Assembly: GCA_035433105.1 (NCBI GenBank)
Contig: DAORUJ010000002.1
Location: 4,769 to 68,768 of the forward strand
Direction: 5' to 3'
Source of the DNA: Thauera sp.
Lineage (GTDB): Bacteria; Pseudomonadota; Gammaproteobacteria; Burkholderiales; Rhodocyclaceae
DNA: 64,000 nt
In this document: in pieces, positions 53,350 through 64,000 of the stretch
How the letters are laid out: every line of letters begins with the position of its first letter
Numbering within the stretch: the first letter of the stretch is position 1
Made by a program: the position numbers and the translations under genes
The notes under the pieces: generated by a model
The model's database searches: none
What the model was told of the DNA's origin: nothing
What the model saw: only the letters and a program-made list of their open reading frames with translations

Positions 53350-54219
53350 ATGCCGTGGTCCAACACAAAGCTGAACCCGCTTGATGGTGCGATCAAGGGC
53401 ATGACCATACCGTCCTGCCCGGCCATCCTCGCGCGCTTGATGGACGAACTGTGCCAGCCTCGAGTCAGCACCAAACGGATTGCCGCACTCATCGGCGAAG
53501 ACGTCGGCCTCGCTGCGGCCGTGATCAAGTCGGCCAACTCCCCCCTGCTCGGCGTCCGCCGCCAGATCGCCTCGCTGGATGAGGCCATGGGACTGCTCGG
53601 CTTTGGCATGGTGGCAAACCTCGTGCAGGAAACCTTGCTGCAGCGCGCGATGAGCGGAGCGAGCGCCTCGCTCGAACGTTTCTGGGATAACTCGCGCTTC
53701 ACGGCTGCCGCCTCCGCCCAGATTGCCCGCGCAACGAGGGCCCTCAAGCCGGAAACCGCCTATACCTTCGGCCTGTTTCACGACTGCGGAATTCCGCTGA
53801 TGGTCCAGCGCTTCGAGGGCTACAAGCAGGTGCTCGGGCAAGCGAATCAAACGACCGACCGCTGGTTCACCACCATCGAAGACGAAGCGCTGGGCACCAA
53901 CCACGCGGTTGTCGGTTACTTCCTTGCACGCTCGTGGGGACTCACCGACGCGGTATGCCAGGGCATCCTTTGCCACCACGATTACTCGGTGCTGGAAGCC
54001 GAGAGCGACCTCGACAACGAAACGCGGATGCTGATTGCCGTGAATGCCGTCGCAACCTACATCGCCGGCACCCATCTGCGTTCAGGCAGCGATGCCGAAT
54101 GGGACAAGGCGCGCCTGCCTGCCGCACACTTCCTGGGCTACGCACCCGACGATCTCGACAACCTTGCCGAGGACCTTGTCTACAAGCTCGACCAGCAGAC
54201 GCGGAGCGAGGCGGCCTGA
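53350..54219 (+). CDS. HDOD domain protein
   Basis: IPSCP..D.GLAA.VIKSANSP, GLFHDCG, NHAVVG..LA.SWGL, CHH. Confidence 0.88.
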   Translation: MPWSNTKLNPLDGAIKGMTIPSCPAILARLMDELCQPRVSTKRIAALIGEDVGLAAAVIKSANSPLLGVRRQIASLDEAMGLLGFGMVANLVQETLLQRAMSGASASLERFWDNSRFTAAASAQIARATRALKPETAYTFGLFHDCGIPLMVQRFEGYKQVLGQANQTTDRWFTTIEDEALGTNHAVVGYFLARSWGLTDAVCQGILCHHDYSVLEAESDLDNETRMLIAVNAVATYIAGTHLRSGSDAEWDKARLPAAHFLGYAPDDLDNLAEDLVYKLDQQTRSEAA

Positions 54220-54243
54220 TCAAACATCAGCACAATCTGCCGG

Positions 54244-54281
54244 AACAAAAAGGCCGCGGCAGGATGCGCGGCCTTTTTGTT
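54244..54281. terminator. Bidirectional rho-independent terminator
   Basis: AACAAAAAGGCCGCG-N8-CGCGGCCTTTTTGTT between convergent genes. Confidence 0.85.
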
Positions 54282-54298
54282 TGAACCATGCCGGGCAA

Positions 54299-56935
54299 TC
54301 AGAGCCTCGAGGCAACCCAGGCCTGCACCGACGCCAGCGCTGCTGGCAGATTCTCCGGCTGACTGCCGCCCGCCTGCGCCATGTCGGGGCGGCCACCGCC
54401 CTTGCCGCCGATCTGCTGAGCGACGAAGCTCACCAAGTCACCGGCCCTGACTTTCGTGGTCTGGTCGGCGGTAACGCCCGCAATCAAGGACACCTTTCCG
54501 TCTGCCACCGACGCCAGCACGATCGCAGCGGACTTCAGCCTGTCCTTGAGCTTGTCCATCGTTTCGCGCAAGGTCGGAACATCGGCACCTTCAAGCATCG
54601 CGGCCAGCACCCGGATCCGACCACCGCCAGCCCCCTCGACCTCGGCGGCCCGACTGGCGAGCTCATCGCCCTGACTGGCTGCAAGCTTGCTCTTGAGGCG
54701 AGCCAGCTCCTTCTCCAGCGCCCGCACATTTTCGAGGATGCCGGCAACCCGTTCGGCTGCTTCGTCGGGCTGCACCTTCAGCAATGCCGATATGCCCTGG
54801 ACGCGACGCTCCTGCTCCTGCGCGTACCGTAGCGCGTTGGCGCCGGTAATCGCCTCGATACGGCGGATGCCGGCCGCAACGCCGCCCTCGCTCACGATCT
54901 TGAACGAGCCGATATCACCGGTGCGCGCCACATGAGTGCCGCCGCACAGTTCCTTTGAGGTCCCGATCGTCAGCACCCGCACCTCGTCGGCGTATTTCTC
55001 GCCGAACAGCATCATCGCGCCGGACTGCTGCGCATCCTCGAGCGCCATCACGCGGGCCTCGGTGGCGGCGTTGGCGAGAATCTCAAGGTTGACCAGTTCT
55101 TCGACTTCGCGGATTTCCTCGGCTGTCATCGGCGCAGTGTGGGCAAAGTCGAAACGAGTCTTGTCAGCGTCGACCAGCGAGCCCTTCTGCAGCACGTGTG
55201 CGCCGAGCACCTCGCGCAAGGCCCTGTGCATGATGTGCGTCACCGAGTGGTTGCGCGCAGTCGCCGCGCGGGCCGCCACATCGACACGCGCCGTCACACC
55301 CTGACCAACGACCAGCTTGCCGGTACGCACCACTCCATGATGACCAAACACCGATGACTGGATCTTCTGCGTGTCCTCGACACCGAAAATGCCACCTGCG
55401 CCGCGCACCTCGCCCTGATCGCCGACCTGGCCGCCTGACTCGGCGTAGAACGGGGTGTGGTCGAGCACGATCACACCCATCTCGCCCTCGAGCAATTCGT
55501 TGACCGGAGCGCCATCGCGGTAGAGGGCGAGGATGTTGCCCTTTTCCTCCAGCACCTCATATCCATGGAAGGTGGTTGTCGGGCCGTCGTAGTCGAGGTT
55601 GGCCGCCATCCTGAACTTGCCGGCGGCGCGCGCCTGCTCCTTCTGACGCGCCATGGCCGCATCGAAGGCAGCGGCGTCCACCTTTACCTCGCGTTCGCGG
55701 CAGATGTCTGCAGTAAGGTCGAGCGGGAAGCCGTACGTATCGTGCAGCTTGAAGGCCGTGTCGCCGTTGAACACGGCGTTGCCGGCCAGCTCCATTGCGG
55801 CGAGTTCGGCTTCGACGATGGCCATGCCGTTCTCGATGGTGGCGAAGAAGCGCTCCTCTTCCTGACGCAGCACGTCCATGATGCGGCGCTCACCATCCCT
55901 GAGCTCGGGAAAGGCGCTGCCCATCTCGGCGATCAGATCAGGCACCATCTTGTGGAAAAAGGCAGTGCGCGCGCCCAGCTTGTAACCGTGGCGGATGGCG
56001 CGGCGGATGATGCGGCGCAAGACGTAGCCGCGGCCCTCGTTACCTGGAATGACGCCGTCGGCAATCAGGAAGGAGCAGGCGCGGATGTGGTCGGCCAGAA
56101 CCTTCAGTGACGGCGAGTCCATGTCGGCACTGGAGGTTTCACGCGCGGCAGCCTTGATCAGCGCCTGAAACAGGTCGATCTCGTAGTTGGCATGCACGCC
56201 CTGCAGCACCGCCGAGATGCGCTCGAGGCCCATGCCGGTGTCCACCGAGGGCTTGGGCAGCGGATGCATCACGCCCTGCTCGTCGCGGTTGAACTGCATG
56301 AACACGTTGTTCCAGATTTCGATGAAGCGGTCGCCGTCCTCCTCGGGCGACCCCGGGGGGCCGCCCCAGATGTGCGGACCATGATCGTAGAAGATCTCGG
56401 TACACGGACCACAGGGGCCGGTATCGCCCATCATCCAGAAGTTGTCCGAGGCGTAACGCGCACCCTTGTTGTCGCCGATGCGGATCACGCGCTCGGCGGG
56501 CACGCCAACCTCTAAGGTCCAGATGTCGAAGGCCTCATCGTCATCTGCATACACCGTGACCCACAGCTTGTCCTTGGGCAGCTTGAAAACGCCGGTCAGC
56601 AGCTCCCAGGCATACGAAATTGCGTCACGCTTGAAATAATCACCAAAGCTGAAATTACCCAGCATTTCAAAGAAGGTGTGGTGCCGTGCGGTGTAACCAA
56701 CGTTCTCAAGATCGTTGTGCTTGCCACCGGCACGCACACACTTCTGCGACGTGGTGGCGCGGGTGTAAGCCCGCTTGTCGAAGCCGAGAAACACGTCCTT
56801 GAACTGATTCATGCCGGCGTTGGTAAACAGCAGCGTCGGGTCTTCATGCGGCACCAGCGAGCTCGAGCTCACGATCTGATGTCCCTTGGATTCGAAGAAC
56901 TTGAGAAAGGCGTCGCGGATTTCGGCGGATTTCAT
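54299..56935 (-). CDS. alaS: Alanine--tRNA ligase
   Basis: [49 protein letters not shown]. Confidence 0.98.
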   Translation of the reverse strand: MKSAEIRDAFLKFFESKGHQIVSSSSLVPHEDPTLLFTNAGMNQFKDVFLGFDKRAYTRATTSQKCVRAGGKHNDLENVGYTARHHTFFEMLGNFSFGDYFKRDAISYAWELLTGVFKLPKDKLWVTVYADDDEAFDIWTLEVGVPAERVIRIGDNKGARYASDNFWMMGDTGPCGPCTEIFYDHGPHIWGGPPGSPEEDGDRFIEIWNNVFMQFNRDEQGVMHPLPKPSVDTGMGLERISAVLQGVHANYEIDLFQALIKAAARETSSADMDSPSLKVLADHIRACSFLIADGVIPGNEGRGYVLRRIIRRAIRHGYKLGARTAFFHKMVPDLIAEMGSAFPELRDGERRIMDVLRQEEERFFATIENGMAIVEAELAAMELAGNAVFNGDTAFKLHDTYGFPLDLTADICREREVKVDAAAFDAAMARQKEQARAAGKFRMAANLDYDGPTTTFHGYEVLEEKGNILALYRDGAPVNELLEGEMGVIVLDHTPFYAESGGQVGDQGEVRGAGGIFGVEDTQKIQSSVFGHHGVVRTGKLVVGQGVTARVDVAARAATARNHSVTHIMHRALREVLGAHVLQKGSLVDADKTRFDFAHTAPMTAEEIREVEELVNLEILANAATEARVMALEDAQQSGAMMLFGEKYADEVRVLTIGTSKELCGGTHVARTGDIGSFKIVSEGGVAAGIRRIEAITGANALRYAQEQERRVQGISALLKVQPDEAAERVAGILENVRALEKELARLKSKLAASQGDELASRAAEVEGAGGGRIRVLAAMLEGADVPTLRETMDKLKDRLKSAAIVLASVADGKVSLIAGVTADQTTKVRAGDLVSFVAQQIGGKGGGRPDMAQAGGSQPENLPAALASVQAWVASRL

Positions 56936-57100
56936 GGAGATTTGCTTGTTTTCTTGACTGAAGACCTGCGCAGCAGGCGAATGCGCAAGTTTATCATGAG
57001 CTTAAGCGTGTCAATTGGCGCTCGGCGCAGCGCTGGCCTTGGCCTGCCCTTCGCCTATAATTGACGGACACGTCAACCAACAACGGGATACGAGCACACC

Positions 57101-57652
57101 ATGGGAAACCGCCTCTCCAAAATCTACACCCGCACCGGCGACGCCGGCACCACTGGCCTGGGCGACGGCAAGCGCGTCTCCAAGAACAGCCTGCGCATCC
57201 ACGCGCTGGGCGAAGTCGACGAAACCAACGCCATCATCGGTCTGCTGTTGTGCGAGGAGCTGCCCGAGGACGTATGCAGCCTGCTGACCGACGTGCAGCA
57301 CGACCTCTTCGACCTCGGTGGCGAGGTCTGCATCCCTGGCATGAGCATGATCACCGGCAAGCAGGTGACCCATCTCGAGAACGAGCTTGACCGCTTCAAC
57401 GAGCCACTTGAGCCGCTCAAGGACTTCATCCTGCCCGGCGGCACGCGCGCGGCAGCTTATGCTCACCACGCCCGTACCGTCTGCCGCCGCGCCGAGCGTG
57501 CGCTGGTCGCCCTCGCGCTGGAAGAGGCCGTCAATGACAGCCCGCGCCAGTACCTGAACCGCCTGTCGGACCTGCTGTTCGTGCTTGGCCGCGTGCTCAA
57601 CCGTGCCGGCGGCCGCGGCGACGTGCTGTGGCAGAAAAGCAAGAACGCCTGA
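57101..57652 (+). CDS. ATP:cob(I)alamin adenosyltransferase (PduO/MMAB type)
   Basis: KIYTRTGD.G.T, FILPGG, RTVCRRAER, YLNRLSDLLF. Confidence 0.95.
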   Translation: MGNRLSKIYTRTGDAGTTGLGDGKRVSKNSLRIHALGEVDETNAIIGLLLCEELPEDVCSLLTDVQHDLFDLGGEVCIPGMSMITGKQVTHLENELDRFNEPLEPLKDFILPGGTRAAAYAHHARTVCRRAERALVALALEEAVNDSPRQYLNRLSDLLFVLGRVLNRAGGRGDVLWQKSKNA

Positions 57653-57778
57653 ACAACACGAGGGCAGGCAGCGGCAGGTTAGCCGGCAGCTTACGCGGCG
57701 CAGTTGCGGCTCTTCGCCTCATGGCAGGCCCTCCTCGGCGGGAGGGCTTGCCACCCGAATGCGGCTCACGGCAGCGGC

Positions 57779-58849
<1,071 letters not shown>

Positions 58850-59046
58850 TTCCGCCAGAAACAGCGCGCCCGGAACAAGGCCGGGTGCTGGTCAAATTAT
58901 CTGCTTTCCGACTCTCCGACGACAAGGCGTCGACTTGCTCGATAGTCGTGGCGAATCACGAGGTGCGCACACGGATCACATTCGAACTGAATCCGCACCA
59001 ACGCGCCGTCAAGGACGAGAAGCCGCTGGCCGGAAAGCGGGCGCGC

Positions 59047-59848
59047 TCAGGTGCCAAAAAGCCGGACGACGTTGCCGCCGCCGTTGACCTTGATCACCTG
59101 CCCGCTGACCCAGCTGCTGGCGGGGGGGACACAACCAGAGCATGGCGTTTTCCAGGTCTTCAGGCTTGCCGGTGCGATCCACCAGATTGTCGGGATTGAG
59201 CAACCTCTGCTGCACGGCCGCGTCGATGCCGGCGTCGGCGTAGCCTTCGGTCAAGACCGTGCCGATCAGCAGGGAATTCACTCTTACCTTCTTCGCCAGC
59301 ATGTGGGCCAGGGAGATCATCATCTGGTTGAGCGCCGCCTTCGCCGTGCCATAGGCGAGGATGTCATACGCCGGGAGCGCTGAAGAGAACGAGCCCGAAT
59401 TGGTGATGGTCGGGTTCTTCGCCTTTAGCAAATGCGGCAGGCACGCCATGCTCATGCGGTAAGCGCTGATGGTGTTGAGCCGGTATGCATCGACCAGCGC
59501 TTCGTCGGAGATCGCCGTCGGATCCTCGTGGCGCGAACCCCAGCCAACGTTGTTGACCAGGGTCGAAATACCGCCGAACTCGTCCACGCACGCAGCCACC
59601 ACGGCGTCGATCTCTGCAGCGCGGGTGACATCGCAGGCCATGCCGATGCAGCGTAAACCCGTTTCCGCCTCCATACGGGCTGCCGTTTCCTTCGCCTTGT
59701 CGCCCTGCAGATCGGCAATCATCACCTTTGCCCCTGCTCCCGCCAGCAGCCTGGCGATGCCGGCGCCGATATTCTGAGCGCCGCCGGTGATGAGGACATT
59801 GTGATCGGTCATGCGAAACGCTGCGAAGGCGTCGAAGTTCTGGGTCAT
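59047..59848 (-). pseudogene. SDR family oxidoreductase (HSDH-like), frameshifted near the C-terminus at a 7-nt run
   Basis: TGGAQNIG, NNVG, YGTAK; removing one base from the G7 run at 59122-59128 restores ..PASSWVSGQVIKVNGGG..* ending at 59047 (as read, the ORF runs to 59009). Confidence 0.75.
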
Positions 59849-60017
59849 GTGTGGAGACCTTTCAGAAAAATGCATTCAGGCAGGGGTGGAGAAAAGCGCA
59901 ACGAACAAGGGCTGGCCGGGTACCAGCATAGAGGGTCAGGTCCACTTCAGAATGCCCGTCTGCGGAGCCTCCTGGGCTCGAAACGAGCAGGCAAAACGGA
60001 CCAAAAAAATGGACGGG

Positions 60018-60781
60018 TCACTCCAGTTCCTGGACGCCACCGCCCGAAACCGTGAGCAATTGCCCACTGATCCAGCTCGCGGCAGGCGAACATAGAAACA
60101 GCGCCGCGCGTGCAATGTCCTCGGCGTCGCCCAGGCGTTTGAGTGGTGTGTGCCGGAGCATCGTCTGCTCGATTTCAGGCGTCAGTACCGACGCCAGCGC
60201 AGCGGTCTTGGTGGCACCGGGTGCGATGGCGTTGACGCGGATGCCCTTGGGGCCGAGATCGAATGCGATGTTGCGGGTGAGATGATTCACCGCAGCCTTG
60301 GACGATCCGTAAGACGCCATGTGCGCGTTCTTGTTCTCACCGGCCATCGACGAGATGTTGAGCACCGCGCCACGCCTTTCCTTCTCCATATGCGGCGCGG
60401 CCAGCTGGATCATGCGAAAGAGGCCGAACACGTTTAGCTCGAAGGCCCAATGAAAGTCGACCATGGGCATGTCAAAGGGCTTGCCCCCCCGCCGGCATTG
60501 TTTACCAGCAGCGTCAGCTTGCCAAACTCGGATACCACAGCCTCAATCGCCGCGACCCGATCCCTCTCCTCGGTCACATTGCAGCCAAGGCCGATGGCAC
60601 GCCCACCAGCTGCCGTTATCTCGGCGGCCACCGCCATCGCCGACTCGGGCTCGAGGTCGCTTACCACTACCGCAGCGCCGGCTTCGGCGAAAAGAACTGC
60701 AATGGCGCGACCGATACCGGCACCCGCACCCGTGACCAGGGCCACATCGCTGTCCAGACTGAGAAGCCTAGAGAATCCCAT
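60018..60781 (-). pseudogene. hdhA: 7-alpha-hydroxysteroid dehydrogenase, split by a frameshift at a 7-nt run
   Basis: TGAGAGIG..NNAGGG | KPFDMPM..AFELNVF, SMAGENKN, YGSSK, C-terminal FLCSPAASWISGQLLTVSGGGVQELE closely resembling E. coli HdhA; frame break at the C7 run 60484-60490. Confidence 0.85.
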
Positions 60782-61194
60782 GATGTCCTTTGCTCCGATG
60801 AGAGAGGCTGTTGAAAAGCGCCCTAGCCCTGCGCGGGAGCCGCAAGCAACCAAACGAACGCGGGGAATCCAGGGGGATCATGAGGCACAGATCCCGACGC
60901 TACCTGACAGCTCCCGCCTCCCAAGCTGCAGGGTACAAGTTGCTGAGGGCAGCTTGCGACCGTCAAACGAGGGCACGGCACAGGGCGCAAGACAGAACGA
61001 TCGTCGCATGTAGGCCGACCCTGACAGTGAGAAAAGAATGTCGCTGACAGATCACGCCATGCAGCCGCCATACCATGCACCCAGAGATCAACGCAGTGTT
61101 CTACCGGCAGCCATCCACAGAACGATGTCTCGTTTAACCGGAAAGATACTGCAGGCTTATCTCGTAACCCAATCCAATCGAATGGAGGCTCACC

Positions 61195-61938
61195 ATGAAA
61201 ATGCGAACCATGACCCTGATCGCCCTGCTTGGCACCACCATTGCTCCGGTTGCTGCCTTTGCAGCAGATACCTCAAAGCCCGCCATGACTGAAAAGTCCG
61301 CCACCATGGACCGGCAGGCACGTATGGCACATCTGACGCAGACGAAGGACCAGCTCGAAAAGGCCCTGGGAACGGCAAAGGACAAGGCCCATTATCGCCA
61401 AACGCTCGAGAAGCTTGGTTATCACATTACCGCCGTCAATTCGGACGACACCGATTACCTCGAGTACGAAGTGATCAAGGATGGTGACTCGTACGAAGTC
61501 CAGGTCGACTTCAAAAACGGGGTCTCGACCGATATTGATGTCACGACCAACATCTGGAAGGCGGAGGCTACCCGTGCAGCGCTGAAGAACAAAGACTACA
61601 AGTATGTCTATCCGACTGCTATCACTCCAAACCCGAAGGACGTCAGCGATCGTGTTCGCGGCAAGGCTTGGGTCGGCGAGAAAGCTGCCGTCGAGAAGGA
61701 ACTGGGGGTTGGCCATGACCGGAGCTACTACCGAGCCGCACTCGAAAAGATGGGCTACAAGGTAACCTCCATCAATGATAACGATACCGACAACCTCGAA
61801 ATGGAGGTCGCGAAAGGCGACACTAGCTACGAAGTTGAAGTCGAGTTCGACGACAAGACGCGGAAATCGACGTCTGTGGATGTCTCCACCAACATTTGGG
61901 AAACCGAGTCCACTGAACGTTTCAAGGGCGACGAATAA
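61195..61938 (+). CDS. Secreted protein with two PepSY-like repeats
   Basis: GGAGG RBS, signal peptide (AAFAA), duplicated ~75-aa unit LEK.GY..T..N..DTD.LE.EV.K...SYEV.V.F...ST..DV.TNIW. Confidence 0.8.
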   Translation: MKMRTMTLIALLGTTIAPVAAFAADTSKPAMTEKSATMDRQARMAHLTQTKDQLEKALGTAKDKAHYRQTLEKLGYHITAVNSDDTDYLEYEVIKDGDSYEVQVDFKNGVSTDIDVTTNIWKAEATRAALKNKDYKYVYPTAITPNPKDVSDRVRGKAWVGEKAAVEKELGVGHDRSYYRAALEKMGYKVTSINDNDTDNLEMEVAKGDTSYEVEVEFDDKTRKSTSVDVSTNIWETESTERFKGDE

Positions 61939-62022
61939 GTAGAAGCCTGCACCGAACCGGGCCGCAGGGCGGTGCAGCTTGAAAGGTGTCCGGCCTTGAT
62001 TCCACACGCTTGACGCTGCACA

Positions 62023-62060
62023 GAAAAGCACCCAAGTAAACGATTACTTGGGTGCTTTTC
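62023..62060. terminator. Rho-independent terminator
   Basis: GAAAAGCACCCAAGTAA-ACGA-TTACTTGGGTGCTTTTC, perfect 17-bp arms. Confidence 0.8.
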
Positions 62061-62507
62061 CGTTATTCCCAACGAGACTGCAAGGGCGAGAGAGGAGGTG
62101 ATGGTGCGCACGCAAGCTCCCCTGCGAAATGCTCAAGACGGCCGCGCCAGTTGGATGCGGTCTTTCCTAAAAACAAGGCAACTATGGCACTAAACCGCAC
62201 GAACAATAGCGAACAAAAGCCGCCATCAGCCTCGCATCCTCCCGAAAGCCTGGCTGGACACCGAAACGACTAACCACCCGCTCCACCTCAAGCCCTTGTC
62301 ACGCTAATGCCTGCCCCGTGACCACCGTCATTCCTCGACGTCGCGGGCAACGTCCGTGCGGCCTGACGCGCCCCTGCTCGACGCGGACGCGGCAATGTCC
62401 TACATCGCATGGCCTAGCAGAGAGGCAAACTGCAATTGCACTAAGTAAGGCCTGCGCCCGGGGCGCAGCCATTCGACTCTTCACACGCAATCAAAGGGAG
62501 ATCCATC

Positions 62508-62582
62508 ATGGGAAAGTATTTCATTGCATGGTTGCTGGGCGTGCCCGCCTTCGTTCTGCTGCTCGTCTGGATGTTTTTCTGA
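62508..62582 (+). CDS. 24-aa single-pass membrane peptide MGKYFIAWLLGVPAFVLLLVWMFF
   Basis: AAAGGGAG RBS 7 nt before ATG; fully hydrophobic helix with WLLGVP; double stop TGATGA. Confidence 0.6.
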   Translation: MGKYFIAWLLGVPAFVLLLVWMFF

Positions 62583-62946
62583 TGATGGACGAGCCACGCT
62601 CCGGTTCCACCACATGCGCTGATACGAGCGAGCCGTGCGAGCCCGCAACGGCCCGGGCCGCGTCTGCCCCACGACCACGAAGAATCCAGCATTAGCCAGA
62701 GTGGCTCGGACGACAAGCGCGTCGAGTAAGCAGCGGAGGATTTGGATAGCGGCCTGGTGGGTACCGGCCATGGGTCGGCACTCTAAGCTCTTGAACAGCC
62801 GCGCGCTCAAGCGGACAGTGACGGCAGAGGGGGACCGATTTCGAATGTTGCATGAAGAAACACGCGATGATATGCCGTACTCCGCATCGGGAGCACCGTA
62901 CAGACAAGATGCGAGGGGATAACGCGAAAAAGCCTCTTGGCGGACT

Positions 62947-63032
62947 GTGCTCCAACTTTTGGAGCACGAATGGAGCAAACCCTTTCTGAGTTTGCTCCAT
63001 TGGTCCGCAATTCAGACCATAACCCTTTGATC
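62947..63032. repeat. Four TGGAGCA/TGCTCCA motifs in two inverted pairs plus an IHF-like site; att-like remnant at the tRNA 3' end
   Basis: GTGCTCCAA-CTT-TTGGAGCAC (62947-62967), AATGGAGCAAAC-N9-GTTTGCTCCATT (62969-63001), TAACCCTTTGATC (63020-63032). Confidence 0.55.
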
Positions 63033-63047
63033 TGAAACGGGAATTAT

Positions 63048-63124
63048 TGGTCGGGGAAAGAGGATTCGAACCTCCGGCCCCTGCGTCCCGAACGCAGTGC
63101 TCTACCAGGCTGAGCTATTCCCCG
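63048..63124 (-). tRNA. tRNA-Pro (anticodon CGG)
   Basis: CGGGGAATAGCTCAGCCTGGTAGAGCA-CTGCG-TTCGGGA-CGCAG-..GGTTCGAATCC..CCCCGACCA; 77 nt with encoded CCA. Confidence 0.97.
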
Positions 63125-63158
63125 ACACTTTTTACTTTTTGAGAAGCCCACTAATGTA

Positions 63159-64000
63159 TCAGTGATTTCGCTCAACTGCAAAGTTCGATAATTCTAGCAG
63201 TGCGTCTTTGAAAATGGAAGGGGGCAATATCGAAATTGCCTCAATCGCCAACCTGGCTTCAGCTTGAGCGTAGCGACGCGTCTCTTCCAGCGCACCAGTG
63301 ACCTGGATTGCTGCCAGAACGGCAGCGAAGTCTTCGCGCCCGCCGTTCTCGATCGCGCCGCGCACCAGAGATGCCTGCTCGGGGGTGCCCCGCTGCATGA
63401 CGTGAATCAGCGGCAGGGTCGGCTTGCCTTCGGCAAGGTCGTCACCGAGATGCTTTCCGGTATCGGCCTCCTCAGCCGAATAATCGAGTACGTCGTCAAT
63501 GAGTTGGAAGGCGGTGCCCAGGTGCATGCCAAAGACAGCCAGCCGATCCTCAAGTGCCTCGTCGGCGCCACCAAGGATACCCCCCAGGCGCGACGCGGCC
63601 TCGAACAGCTTTGCCGTTTTGTACCGAATCACGCGCAGATAATCGTCAATGACGACGTCGGCATTATGGCAGTTGAGCAATTGCAGAACTTCGCCTTCGG
63701 CAATCACATTGGTGGCATCGGCCAGCACACGCATCACGCGCATGTCGTCTACCCCAACCATCATCTGAAATGCGCGAGAATAGAGAAAGTCTCCCACCAA
63801 CACCGAGGCCGCGTTGCCGAACATGGCATTCGCGGTCTTGCTCCCGCGACGCAGGTCGGATTCATCAACAACGTCGTCGTGCAGCAAGGTTGCGGTATGA
63901 ATGAACTCCACCACCGCGGCCAGCTCATGATGGTGCGTACCCTTGTAACCCATTGCTCCCGCGACAAACAGCACGAGAGCGGGACGCAGGCGCTTGCCAC
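63159..64000 (-). CDS. ispB: Octaprenyl-diphosphate synthase; 5' end outside the window
   Basis: GKRLRP, HTATLLHDDVVD..RRG, FQLIDDVLD, GKPTLP. Confidence 0.95.
   Translation of the reverse strand, partial: GKRLRPALVLFVAGAMGYKGTHHHELAAVVEFIHTATLLHDDVVDESDLRRGSKTANAMFGNAASVLVGDFLYSRAFQMMVGVDDMRVMRVLADATNVIAEGEVLQLLNCHNADVVIDDYLRVIRYKTAKLFEAASRLGGILGGADEALEDRLAVFGMHLGTAFQLIDDVLDYSAEEADTGKHLGDDLAEGKPTLPLIHVMQRGTPEQASLVRGAIENGGREDFAAVLAAIQVTGALEETRRYAQAEARLAIEAISILPPSIFKDALLELSNFAVERNH

Noticed and set aside
58850-59000. SOS box upstream of dinB, and a second att copy of the tRNA 3' end
   Set aside because: No CTGT-N8-ACAG seen, and only a chance ATTCGAAC match to the tRNA
60805-60817. AGGCTGTTGAAAA, resembling an IS terminal inverted repeat
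   Set aside because: No convincing partner repeat or transposase remnant found; too short to support
62185-62200. TGGCACTAAACCGCA as a sigma54 promoter
   Set aside because: GG-to-GC spacing is one base short of the strict -24/-12 requirement
62600-63010. Short ORFs beside the tRNA as a possible integrase fragment or CxxC zinc-finger protein
   Set aside because: No tyrosine-recombinase catalytic motif, no RBS, and several equally weak overlapping frames

Overview
GC-rich betaproteobacterial chromosome segment. Gene order and protein sequences point to Rhodocyclales, Thauera/Azoarcus-like (inference). It is mostly core genome: fccB (3' end), cytochrome c4, dut-coaBC/radC-rpmB-rpmG, csp/clpS-clpA, rraA, aceA, a Spy/CpxP plus OmpR-type two-component module, murI-tyrS, an M23 peptidase, erpA-argC-rpsI-rplM, coq7, rppH, proS, a GlrK-QseG-GlrR-like system, tldD-nit-yhdP, glnE, CYTH-CHAD, sixA, mnmA, ilvE, algC, alaS, pduO-type adenosyltransferase, dinB, tRNA-Pro(CGG) and ispB (3' part). 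No CRISPR array, rRNA, intact transposase or integrase was seen. The most interesting signals are: (1) a complete sigma54 promoter with TGTC-N10-GACA enhancer boxes, suggesting the GlrK/QseG/GlrR-like system drives a divergent bactofilin gene; (2) an unannotated ~110-nt CU-rich (anti-Shine-Dalgarno) sRNA upstream of rplM, with its own promoter, terminator and a PhaR-type operator; (3) a TetR/TauD/class II aldolase/2-hydroxyacid dehydrogenase cassette of unknown substrate beside a decayed yheT; (4) a small accessory islet at tRNA-Pro carrying two hydroxysteroid-dehydrogenase-like SDR genes that are each frameshifted at a 7-nt homopolymer, a PepSY-like repeat protein, a 24-aa membrane peptide and att-like arm repeats. 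All family assignments come from recognising motifs by eye; no database searches were run.
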